Position numbers and translations under genes: made by a program
The notes under the pieces: generated by a model
Told to the model about the DNA's origin: nothing
What the model saw: only the letters and a program-made list of their open reading frames with translations
The model's database searches: none
DNA from: Polyangiaceae bacterium
Lineage (GTDB): Bacteria > Myxococcota_A > Polyangia > Polyangiales > Polyangiaceae
DNA: 64,000 nt
Direction: 5' to 3'
Assembly: GCA_044376115.1 (NCBI GenBank)
Contig: JBILLK010000022.1
Coordinates: 111,026 to 175,025 of the forward strand
Part shown: piece by piece, positions 1-8,084 of the stretch
How positions within the stretch are numbered: position 1 is the first letter of the stretch
Layout of the letters: each line of letters starts with the position of its first letter

Positions 1-1021
1 GCGGCACCACCGGCGCAGCCGACGCCAAGGTCACCGCGACGGGCGACTCGCTCGTCGAGCCGAACAGCGAGACACCGCGCGCGCGCGCCTCGGCCAACTC
101 GGAGAAGGGCGCTGGGCGATAGCCCATGACTCGCACCGGCGACAAGACGTTGTTCACCGTGGCCTCCCCGCAGAAGGCGTTGGCCATCGCAGCGCCGAGG
201 GCGAGACCGCTGGAGACGCGCTGGCCGCTTACAGAAAAGGGCGTCGCTCCGACCATCAGGTGGCGGGCTCCCGCCGCCGCGCGCAGCTGCTCCCAGTCCT
301 CGCCCAACGCGGTGAGCGGCGTTTCCTCGAGCGAGAGCACCACCGGCAGCGAGAGCTCGTTGGCCACACGAGCGAAGCTCGCGAGCAAGCGTTGGTCCCG
401 CACAGGATTGAGCTCGGTCAGCACCACAGCACCGAAGAACGGTTCCATCCCAGGGTGGTTGTAGGGACGAAGCCAGTTATGGAAGGCCGTCCTACGAAGG
501 CTCGCAGCGTTCTCGAAGTCGGCCGCAAGCTCTGCTGCATCGGCCGTAAAGAGGTCCAGTTCGACGCCGCGGGCCTCACGCAAGAGCCACGCGACCGCAT
601 GCCACGAGGCGCGTACGGCAGGAGCTGCGTGCTCGAGATCGGCGAGGGAGCGAGCTCGCTGCGCGCGCCCAGGGAGTGCGATGGCTGCGTCTGCGATCGC
701 CCCATCGATCGAGCGAAGGTCCCGCAGCCGTCGATCCTCGAGATAGGGCGTTCGCTCGTCGCCCAGGAAGTCGCCCACCACGGCGAAGCGCGGTCGCAGC
801 GGCGTTGCATAGCGCTTGAAGCCTGGAGCGAGCGAGCACGGGTCATCCTTGCGCGGTTCCAGTCGCAGCGGCGCTGGACAAATCAACGGAGCGGGCGTGA
901 AGCGCCGCACAGCGCTCGCTCGCTCGCCGAGGCCGCGCTGCTCCAACGCGGTAGCGAGCCGCTCGCGTGCTTGAGCATCGTGGGCAGCGTTCAATTCGAG
1001 TGGGAGGAGGTCCTCGTTCAA
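1..1021 (-). CDS. Partial CDS (runs off left edge): type VI secretion contractile sheath-like protein, TssB-like segment fused to TssC-like segment
   Basis: Not in ORF track. Manual translation from TTG 1021 is open to the window edge: ...PLRPRFAVVGDFLGDERTPYLEDRR (TssB-like) ...ASWHAVAWLL...ELAADFENA...YNHPGMEPFFG...DQRLLASFARVA...WEQLRAAAGARHL (TssC-like). TACAAT 7 nt upstream of the TTG. Confidence 0.6.
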   Translation of the reverse strand, partial: MNEDLLPLELNAAHDAQARERLATALEQRGLGERASAVRRFTPAPLICPAPLRLEPRKDDPCSLAPGFKRYATPLRPRFAVVGDFLGDERTPYLEDRRLRDLRSIDGAIADAAIALPGRAQRARSLADLEHAAPAVRASWHAVAWLLREARGVELDLFTADAAELAADFENAASLRRTAFHNWLRPYNHPGMEPFFGAVVLTELNPVRDQRLLASFARVANELSLPVVLSLEETPLTALGEDWEQLRAAAGARHLMVGATPFSVSGQRVSSGLALGAAMANAFCGEATVNNVLSPVRVMGYRPAPFSELAEARARGVSLFGSTSESPVAVTLASAAPVVP

Positions 1022-1104
1022 GGCGCCAATTGTAGCCACAATGAGCACGCTACGCTTGGTGGTGCGCGAGGGTTACGCGTTGAGCGGAACTCGCTCGCGT
1101 GCCG

Positions 1105-1785
1105 TTAGAGCAAGATCAGTCGGCCGGCGTAGCCTGTATGGCGATCGATCGCGGCGAGGTGCAGGTCGCGCAAAGGGCCTGGCAGGGCCAAAGCGATTTG
1201 AGCGTTGGTCCAGGCGGCGCTGCGCGCGGTGCGGATGCTGAAGCTCTCGAGTAGGTCATCAACGGGCCCGAGCGCCTCGTCGATCGCCTCCCCGAGCTGG
1301 TCGAAGAGCGCCTGCTTAGCGTCGGCCATCAGCTCGAACAGCAGGTCGTCAACGGCCTGATAGTCGTGATGTCGCTCGGTGCCCGTCTCGAGGTCATCAC
1401 CGAGCTCAGCGGCCGTCGTCAGCAACGCCGAGACGAGGTCCCGATTGATGTGCGCGTTCATCCCAGCGAGCGCGAAGCGGAAGGCCGACTTGTCGCATTG
1501 GAAGCGCTTCTCCCGCAGCGGCCGCCACGCCCGTGCGACCTCATCTTCATGGGCGATCAACGCGTCTTGGTAGGTGCGAGCGAACACCACGTCGAGCCGC
1601 GAGACGAACACGGGGTCATTGACGTCGCCCGCGGCCACCTTGGCGATCACGCGCTCGGTCACGCTCAGATAGAGCGCATTGAAGTAGAGGAAACCGTCGT
1701 GAGGCGGCAGCGCTTTGCCAACCGCCCGCATCCAGGTCGCGACCTCGGGCAGGCTCGCGGAGCTATCAAGAATGGGAAGGCTCAT
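1105..1785 (-). CDS. DUF5995-family protein
   Basis: DGFLYFNALYLSVT, FVSRLDVVFA, AWRP and FALAGMNAHINRDL motifs; start overlaps the stop of the upstream gene (ATGA). Confidence 0.75.
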   Translation of the reverse strand: MSLPILDSSASLPEVATWMRAVGKALPPHDGFLYFNALYLSVTERVIAKVAAGDVNDPVFVSRLDVVFARTYQDALIAHEDEVARAWRPLREKRFQCDKSAFRFALAGMNAHINRDLVSALLTTAAELGDDLETGTERHHDYQAVDDLLFELMADAKQALFDQLGEAIDEALGPVDDLLESFSIRTARSAAWTNAQIALALPGPLRDLHLAAIDRHTGYAGRLILL

Positions 1786-2465
1786 GGCTTGCGCAGCGGC
1801 ATATCCCAGTCAGCCAAGAAACCGTAGGCCCAAGGGTGGCTCGGCTCGTCAAACGGCGCCCACTCTTTCTTCGTCAATGGCCGCCCTTTGAGCTTGGGCA
1901 ACTTCACCTTCGCCCAATCGATGGTGACGTCGACCTCCAGGTCTTCCGACATCATCGCCATCATCATTTCGTCCGAGTCAGGGCCATCCATGTCGAGCGC
2001 CGGCTTGTCGCCTTTGCCGCTGAACGTGATCGGCTCGGGGATTCCCTCCACGCGATAGGTGATGAAGGGATGCAGATCGATCGAGGCGACCTTCTTGGTG
2101 CCCTCCCAACATTGCAGCACGATGGTCTCGCCGTAGAAGAGCGCGTGGTAAGCACCGTCACCGCTGCCGAGGTCATCCAGCGCGGCGCGCTTGATCTCCT
2201 CCATCGTCCCGGCGACGAAGAACTCCGCCTTGCGCGAGCCGCCCGGCTCCACTTGGAACACCAAGCGGAAGTAGTGAACGAGATCCGTGGGGACCTGCTT
2301 CTTCGCGGCAGGCTTCTTCGCCGCAGCGGGCTTCTTCGCTGCAGCAGGCTTCTTCGCTGCAGCAGGCTTCTTCGCTGCAGCAGGCTTCTTCGCTGATGCA
2401 GGCTTCTTCGCTGCAGGCTTCTTCGCTGCAGGCTTCTTCGCTGCAGGCTTCTTCGCTGTGGCCAT
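1782..2465 (-). CDS. Protein with histone H1-like AKKPA(A) repeat N-terminus and unknown acidic C-terminal domain
   Basis: About ten (A)AKKP repeats followed by a ~170 aa globular-looking region; ATG at 2465 preceded by TACACT. Confidence 0.75.
   Translation of the reverse strand: MATAKKPAAKKPAAKKPAAKKPASAKKPAAAKKPAAAKKPAAAKKPAAAKKPAAKKQVPTDLVHYFRLVFQVEPGGSRKAEFFVAGTMEEIKRAALDDLGSGDGAYHALFYGETIVLQCWEGTKKVASIDLHPFITYRVEGIPEPITFSGKGDKPALDMDGPDSDEMMMAMMSEDLEVDVTIDWAKVKLPKLKGRPLTKKEWAPFDEPSHPWAYGFLADWDMPLRKP
2298..2458. repeat. Coding tandem repeat with 15/18-bp units (GGCTTCTTCGCTGCA[GCA])
   Basis: Directly visible; encodes AAKKP/AAAKKP on the minus strand. Confidence 0.9.
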
Positions 2466-2659
2466 CGCCGCCAAGTGTAGCGAACGGGCGTGCGCTGAGA
2501 AGCTACAACCCTTTGAGGAAGCGGCGTGCTTCGGTCACCGTCGGGTCGGGCACGTAGCCGCGCCAGGAAACCTTCGCCAGCACCTCGCGCGCTGGGCGCT
2601 CGGCTATTGGGCAATTCCGTAACACCGCGCGGTCGGGCGGCGGCGGTGGACGCATGAAC

Positions 2660-3745
2660 TCAGTCATTGGCCCCTCCGCTCGGAGTGCGGCGCAGCGCCT
2701 CGCGGATGCCCTCGTAGCCGCGCACGCCCCGGCCGAGCGCCTCGTCGAGCAGCCCGCGGCGCTCTTGGGCGACCAACACGAAGCTGCACGCCGGGTTGCC
2801 GGCCGAGCGACACGCCACCTCCCGACAGCTGAGCCGCCGCTCAGCGACGTGGCTCATCATGCCGGAGAAGCAACCTGCGAGCAGATGGCACGAAAGGTCG
2901 CCCGACGTACCACCGGTGTTGCGGATCGCCCGTTTGGCATTCGCCAGAGCGCTACGTTGCACCTCGATTTGCAGCACGCCCTCGGCCGCAAAGCCAAAGT
3001 CGAAGCTGGGCTTGCCCCAGCCGTGTTCGGAGAAGGTCGCTGAAACCAGCCGAGCCACCTCGGTCATCGACAGCTCCCCCAACGAGCCGGAGCCACGCTC
3101 CAGCGCCGTACCCTCCAGATCGATCGCGGTGCGCCGCCCCCATTGCACACCCCATTCGGTGGCGAAGATCTGCCAGCTCTCCGGCGCCAAGCGTTCGCAG
3201 GTCGCGCGCAACGCGGCGAAGAACGGCGCCGGGACGTCGACGAAGCGACGCTCGAGCGCGTCGCGCCTCACCCCTTGATCGATCTCGTGAGGAGCCAACG
3301 CGCGTTGCGCGATCGCCAGCGGGATATCGGAAGCGAGCGTGCGCGTGGACCCGACCTCGTTGCGGTTGATGATCAGGTAGACCCGCGTGCTCGAGGCGAG
3401 CACCATCTCGATCGTCACCTTCTGTTCACCGAAGGCGAAGCCGAACACATAGTCGAAGCTCTCGCGCGCGCCCAAGCGGCCAGCCGCGAGCATGCGTTGA
3501 AAGCGGCCGAAGAAGGTATCAGTCTTGGCGCAGCGAGCTATCTCGTCGAAGAAGCTGCGGCCGAGCACCTCGTTCTTGTCGAGCCGGGCTAGCCGCGACT
3601 CGTACAAGTTGTAACGCAGGACAAAGCCGAGGCTGTCCAAGCCGACGACGCCGAAAGGCAGCTGATCCAACTCCGACTCGCTGGCCGCATCGATCCGCTC
3701 GATGCTGAAGGAGGTCGGGGCACTGGTAGGTTCTTGTTCAAACAT
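2660..3745 (-). CDS. Photoactive yellow protein (PYP)-like PAS domain fused to a V4R domain
   Basis: LDQLPFGVVGLD..G.VLRYNLYES...VLGRSFFDEIARC....FFGRF matches the PYP pattern; C-terminal GWG...CHLLAGCFSG...EVACRSAGNPACSF matches V4R. Confidence 0.8.
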   Translation of the reverse strand: MFEQEPTSAPTSFSIERIDAASESELDQLPFGVVGLDSLGFVLRYNLYESRLARLDKNEVLGRSFFDEIARCAKTDTFFGRFQRMLAAGRLGARESFDYVFGFAFGEQKVTIEMVLASSTRVYLIINRNEVGSTRTLASDIPLAIAQRALAPHEIDQGVRRDALERRFVDVPAPFFAALRATCERLAPESWQIFATEWGVQWGRRTAIDLEGTALERGSGSLGELSMTEVARLVSATFSEHGWGKPSFDFGFAAEGVLQIEVQRSALANAKRAIRNTGGTSGDLSCHLLAGCFSGMMSHVAERRLSCREVACRSAGNPACSFVLVAQERRGLLDEALGRGVRGYEGIREALRRTPSGGAND

Positions 3746-3747
3746 CG

Positions 3748-4752
3748 TCAGCTGTCTCCCAAGCGAGCACGGATCAACGCGTCCAAAGTCATCTTTCCCG
3801 GCTCGTTGCTGCGCGAGGACGGAGCTTCACTCGAGCTCGGCGACCGCGCGGATTCCACGTGTTGCGGCAGCGTGGGAGCGGCTCCGGCCAGCCACGTCTT
3901 CAATTGGTCGCGGAAGGCAGCGGCCGTTTGCAGCCTTTGCTCGACGTCTCGCTTCATCGCCCGCTCCAAGATCGCCCACAGCGCGTCGTCCAGTTGTGTA
4001 GGGAGCGTCGGACGTTTGATGGGCGCCCGCAGCACCTCGGCCATCACCGTCGGCGGATCTTCTCCTTCGAACAGCGTCTTGCCGGTCATCGTCTCGAGCA
4101 TGGTCACCGCCACCGACCAAATATCTGCGCGGTGGTCGACGGTCTTTGCACGAACTTGCTCGGGCGCCATGTAGGCCGGCGTACCGATGATGCCGCCCAC
4201 CTGGGTCAGACGGCCGCCGGTGTTGGCGGCGATGGCGATGCCGAAGTCGATCAACTTTGCGCGCTCACCGTCCACCAGGATGTTGGACGGCTTGATGTCG
4301 CGGTGAACGATGCCTTGCGCGTGCACGAGCGAGAGCCCCTCCAAGATCGCGATGAAGAGCTCGACCGTGCGCCGCACCGACAGCGCGCCCTTGGCCACGA
4401 GCGCGTCGAGCCCTTCGCCGCCCACGTGCTCCATCACCACGAAGGCCCCTAGCTCCGAGGAGTCCGCGACGTCGAACACCTCGACCACCGCCGGATGCCG
4501 AATCGACGCGAGGATGCGCGCCTCGCGCACCAGCCGCTCGGTGAGCTCACCGCTGCGAGCGTCCACGAACTTGATCGCCACCGAGCGCGCGAGCTTCCTA
4601 TGGGTCGCGGCCCAAACCTCGCCCATACCGCCTTCACCCAAGGGCTCGGTCAGCAGGTAGCGATTGTCGATCAGCATCCCCGGCGCCGCGCGCAGGCGTT
4701 TCTCTTCAGCCCCTTCGGCAACCATGGTTGGGGTCCGGGTGTGGCCTAGCAT
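3748..4752 (-). CDS. Hanks-type serine/threonine protein kinase (cytoplasmic)
   Basis: LGEGGMGEV, VAIK, HRDIKPSN, DFG, GTPAYMAPE and DIWS motifs all intact. Start at 4752 (TATGTT 6 nt upstream) or 4725. Confidence 0.92.
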   Translation of the reverse strand: MLGHTRTPTMVAEGAEEKRLRAAPGMLIDNRYLLTEPLGEGGMGEVWAATHRKLARSVAIKFVDARSGELTERLVREARILASIRHPAVVEVFDVADSSELGAFVVMEHVGGEGLDALVAKGALSVRRTVELFIAILEGLSLVHAQGIVHRDIKPSNILVDGERAKLIDFGIAIAANTGGRLTQVGGIIGTPAYMAPEQVRAKTVDHRADIWSVAVTMLETMTGKTLFEGEDPPTVMAEVLRAPIKRPTLPTQLDDALWAILERAMKRDVEQRLQTAAAFRDQLKTWLAGAAPTLPQHVESARSPSSSEAPSSRSNEPGKMTLDALIRARLGDS

Positions 4753-4842
4753 GAGGCCAACATAGTACAAACCATGAACACGCCAAGCCCAGCCTGGAAC
4801 AAACTGTGTTCCAGCCGGGATGGCCATCTCGAAGGCGGTGCA

Positions 4843-5283
4843 CTAGAGCTTCGCGACGACAGCGACCATGTTCTTGCAGCTGTCGTGGCAGGCTTTGCAG
4901 GTCGCGTGTTTGTCGGCGTGCGGAGCGCATTGCGCCGCGCAGTCCTCGCACAGCTTGACCAGCGTCTTGGCGATCTCGACGGCCCGCTTGCTGCCTGACG
5001 AGGCGAGTTTGGCCAGCGCCTCCATCCCAGCCAGCATGTCGTGGGCCGCGGCGGCACACCCGGCCATCGAGGTATCCCCGCTGCCGAGCAAGGCGATGCA
5101 ATGCGCCAGACAGGCTTGACCGCGCTTCACGCACTCGAAGGCGGCCTCTTCCAGCGGGTTCGGCGCACCGTGGTGATCGTGGTGCGCGTGGGCCTCATCG
5201 GCGCGCGCGGTGCTGCAGGCAGCGGCCCCCAGCGAAAGAGCGGCGAGCGAGGTAGCAGAGAACAGGGCGTCGCGACGGTTCAT
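4843..5283 (-). CDS. Csp1-like four-helix-bundle copper storage protein with Tat signal
   Basis: MNRRDAL twin-arginine leader, His-rich HAHHDHH, repeated CxxC/CxxxC (CVKRGQACLAHC, CEDCAAQC, CKACHDSC). Confidence 0.85.
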   Translation of the reverse strand: MNRRDALFSATSLAALSLGAAACSTARADEAHAHHDHHGAPNPLEEAAFECVKRGQACLAHCIALLGSGDTSMAGCAAAAHDMLAGMEALAKLASSGSKRAVEIAKTLVKLCEDCAAQCAPHADKHATCKACHDSCKNMVAVVAKL

Positions 5284-5355
5284 GGGCGCTTGACTAGCGC
5301 CGGTCGTGCAAGGCGCCAATGCCCGCCGCAAGCACCAGGTTGCTGGTCTGCACCC

Positions 5356-5943
5356 TCAACACAACTGCCCGTCGAGTAACAGCGCCGGGTTGGGCCGAGC
5401 CAGCGCCTCTTCGATCAGACGCTTGTCGGCCTCTCCGAGCAACCACTCGCGGGCTGCGTCGGTCGGGATCAGCACCGGCATGCGCCCGTGCAGCGAGACG
5501 AAGGGCCCGCGCGAGGCGCAGGTCAGCACCGAGACGCGACGTTGCCCATCGTGATCGTCCCAGATGCCGGCGAGCAACAAGCTGCCTTCGGCTGCAGCGA
5601 CCTGATGGCGGACGCGGTTCTTTTCGCCTGCGAGCCCCTCGGCGACCTCGAAGCTGCGCACCGGGACCAGCGCCCGCCGACGTTTGGCGGCGTCACGGAA
5701 GCGCGTGCGCACGTTCTCGATTTGCGTGTTGAAGTAGAGACGCTTGTCGGCGCCGACCAGGCGCAGGCCCCACACAGCGTCGGTGATTTCGACCTCTGCG
5801 CCCACGCCGATGAAGGCCGCCAACGGCGCACCCGGTTGCGTCGCGCGCTCGGGCGGCGGTGGAACCTTCACCGTGGGCCGCAGCACCTCCACCCACTCGC
5901 GCCAGGTCATGTCATCGGAACCGCTCACAGCTCGACCGCACAC
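5356..5943 (-). CDS. SOS response-associated peptidase (SRAP/HMCES, DUF159) family protein
   Basis: True start is GTG 5943, giving MCGR (catalytic Cys2); RRALVP..FE, LAGIWD and LHGRMPVL motifs. Confidence 0.85.
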   Translation of the reverse strand: MCGRAVSGSDDMTWREWVEVLRPTVKVPPPPERATQPGAPLAAFIGVGAEVEITDAVWGLRLVGADKRLYFNTQIENVRTRFRDAAKRRRALVPVRSFEVAEGLAGEKNRVRHQVAAAEGSLLLAGIWDDHDGQRRVSVLTCASRGPFVSLHGRMPVLIPTDAAREWLLGEADKRLIEEALARPNPALLLDGQLC

Positions 5944-6025
5944 GCGGCGCAGCCTAGCAGAAGGGCGCGCAGCCGATGGACCACGAGGCGTCGCGAGGCC
6001 GGCCCATGCTCGCCTACAATGCGCC

Positions 6026-7078
6026 TTGCCCGCCGCACGCCTCTTGTGCACCCTGCCTCTTTCGCCCTTCTGGAAGACCCAACGCAAGCTCGCCGTCGCG
6101 CAAGCCGACGAGCTGGGCCTCGAGCCGAGCGAGCTGCTCGCGGTCTCCGGCGTCACCTTCGAACCGGGCGGCAAACACGCGCTCGTGACCTTCGCGCTGA
6201 CGCGGGAAGTCTTGCGGGTGGAACTCGGCTCGGAGCCGCGCTTTACGCTGCAACCGCTGGACGTGGAATCGCCGCTCGGCGAGGGCTTTTTGGGCACCAG
6301 TTGGGTTCGCGCGCGCCCCACCGCAACGAGCGACCTGGTGGTGGTGGAGGACGCGCATCTCGGCGGCGGCGGCATGGACGCATGCTCGGCGGTGGGGCTC
6401 GTCAAGCTGACCACCCGCGAGCGCGTGCTGAGTCTGCGCGACAGCGAGTTCGGTGAAGGCGTCGTGGCCTTCGCGCTCTCGCCCAACCGACGTTGGCTCG
6501 CAGCTTCCTACCTGCTTTCCAAGCCCAGCCAAATCGAGCTGCGTTTGTACGACGCGACGAGCGGCGAAATCGTGCGAAGCCAACGCCTGGAGGGGGAGCC
6601 GTATCGCGGCCAGCTCGCGGTCGCTGTCGACGACGATGCAACCTCCATCGCCTTCGCCGACGAACGGTCGGTGCGCTTGGTCGAGCTCGAGAGCGGTCGC
6701 TCAACCTTGTACATCGAGCAGAAGATGGTCCGCGCGCTCGCGCTCACGAGCTCCACCTTGGTGGTCGAGGCAGTAGGCGGCGCGCAGCTCTACGACCGCT
6801 CGGGCGGCGCACAGCGCAGCCCGCTCGAGCGCCTGAGCGGCCACACGCTGATCGCCACGCAAGGCGAAGAAGCAGCCTTTTTCCAGCGTTCGCGCGGTGG
6901 TTACTCGCTTGGCCGCGTAGCGCTCGAGAGCGCCAGCGTCGAACTCAAAACCTACAAGGCCGCACTCGGTCCCGCCTCGAAAGAGGGCGCTGATTGGCTG
7001 GTCGCACACGACCTACAAAGCGGTCGCACAGCGTCGGTGTCGCGCAAGGGCCTACTGGTCTTTGAGCCAACTGACTGA
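6026..7078 (+). CDS. Hypothetical beta-propeller/WD40-like protein
   Basis: FALSPNRRWLAA...LRLYDATSGE blade-like segments. TTG start inferred from TACAAT at 6015-6020 (ORF track starts at 5744, overlapping SRAP). Confidence 0.55.
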   Translation: MPAARLLCTLPLSPFWKTQRKLAVAQADELGLEPSELLAVSGVTFEPGGKHALVTFALTREVLRVELGSEPRFTLQPLDVESPLGEGFLGTSWVRARPTATSDLVVVEDAHLGGGGMDACSAVGLVKLTTRERVLSLRDSEFGEGVVAFALSPNRRWLAASYLLSKPSQIELRLYDATSGEIVRSQRLEGEPYRGQLAVAVDDDATSIAFADERSVRLVELESGRSTLYIEQKMVRALALTSSTLVVEAVGGAQLYDRSGGAQRSPLERLSGHTLIATQGEEAAFFQRSRGGYSLGRVALESASVELKTYKAALGPASKEGADWLVAHDLQSGRTASVSRKGLLVFEPTD

Positions 7079-7150
7079 GCAACGCGCGTCGTCACCGCCA
7101 GCAGCGCTTGGTTCCCAACCACGCCGCGATCGGATAACCCCAAGGGGCGC

Positions 7151-7633
7151 ATGGACTATCTGAGCCCGGATCAAGTGGTCGACTTCGTCGAAGGGACCGT
7201 CATCTTCGTCGACCGCAGTCAGCCTCCACCGAGCGTGGTCAGCACGCTCGAGGCGCGCGTACAGGGCTTTGCGCGGACCCAGCAGCAGCCGCTCGCCTAC
7301 CTGCACGTGGTGCTCGACGTCCCGACCACCGGGCGGCTCAACGAGGAGTCGCGCACCGCCATGATCGCGGCCGGGCGGCGTCACATGGAGTTGTTCGACC
7401 GTGCAGCGATGGTGCTCATCACGCAAGGCTTCATGGGCGCCGCCATGCGAGCGATGTTCTCGGGCGCCTTGATGGCCCTGCGCACCAAGGTGCCGTTCAA
7501 GGTCTTCAGCGCCGAGCGAGAGGCCATCGAGTGGCTGTGCTCAGCTCAACTGGGCGGCGGCCGACCGCGCGATGCGGCCAAAGTGATGAGCGCCGTCGCG
7601 GCGATCACCGCCGCCTTGCAGCCGCCGCGCTAG
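7151..7633 (+). CDS. Hypothetical protein, STAS/SEC14-like myxobacterial family
   Basis: AAGGGG RBS; GFMGAAMRAMFSG...PFKVFSAEREAIEWL C-terminus is typical of this family. Confidence 0.65.
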   Translation: MDYLSPDQVVDFVEGTVIFVDRSQPPPSVVSTLEARVQGFARTQQQPLAYLHVVLDVPTTGRLNEESRTAMIAAGRRHMELFDRAAMVLITQGFMGAAMRAMFSGALMALRTKVPFKVFSAEREAIEWLCSAQLGGGRPRDAAKVMSAVAAITAALQPPR

Positions 7634-7687
7634 TTCTCGCGGCCCGCGCAGCCCTTCTAGCGCCCACCGAAGTCGATCTTGCGTGCG

Positions 7688-7855
7688 AGATCCGCGTTTG
7701 GGCTTCGAAGATCCACGTTTGGGCTTCGAAGATCCACGTTTGGGCTTCGAAGATCGACGTTTGGGCTTCGAAGATCCACGTTTGGGCTTCGAAGATCGAC
7801 GTTTGGGCTTCGAAGATCGCCCTCCGACCGCGCAAGATCGCCCTCCGACCGCGCG
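7688..7855. repeat. Intergenic 21-bp tandem repeat: 6x AGATC(C/G)(A/G)CGTTTGGGCTTCGA then 2x AGATCGCCCTCCGACCGCGC(A/G)
   Basis: Head-to-tail units with no spacers, counted directly. Confidence 0.92.
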
Positions 7856-8084
7856 AGGTCAGGGGGATCGGCCTGCGAATTGGACGTTTTGTTGAGTTTG
7901 ACCGCCTATCGCCAGGGGATGGGCGCCCCATTTCAACAAAACGACCACTTCGAGCGCCCATCCCCCTGAACCACCGCGGCGACGCTCGCCCGGCAGGCGC
8001 CGAGTCCCAGCCCGGGCTCGGATTTAAGTGGGTCTTAAGTCGAGCAGACCAGCGCGCTGAGGCATGGTTGCGCTTGGAGTTCTT

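Noticed and set aside
5356..6486. ORF-track N-terminal extensions (e.g. 376-aa SRAP, 5744 start, 14487 start, 48162 start)
   Set aside because: They overlap divergent or upstream genes; family motifs (MCGR), lipoboxes and TAnnnT boxes point to shorter starts.
7688..7855. CRISPR array
   Set aside because: Units are contiguous 21-mers with no unique spacers, and there are no cas genes in the window.
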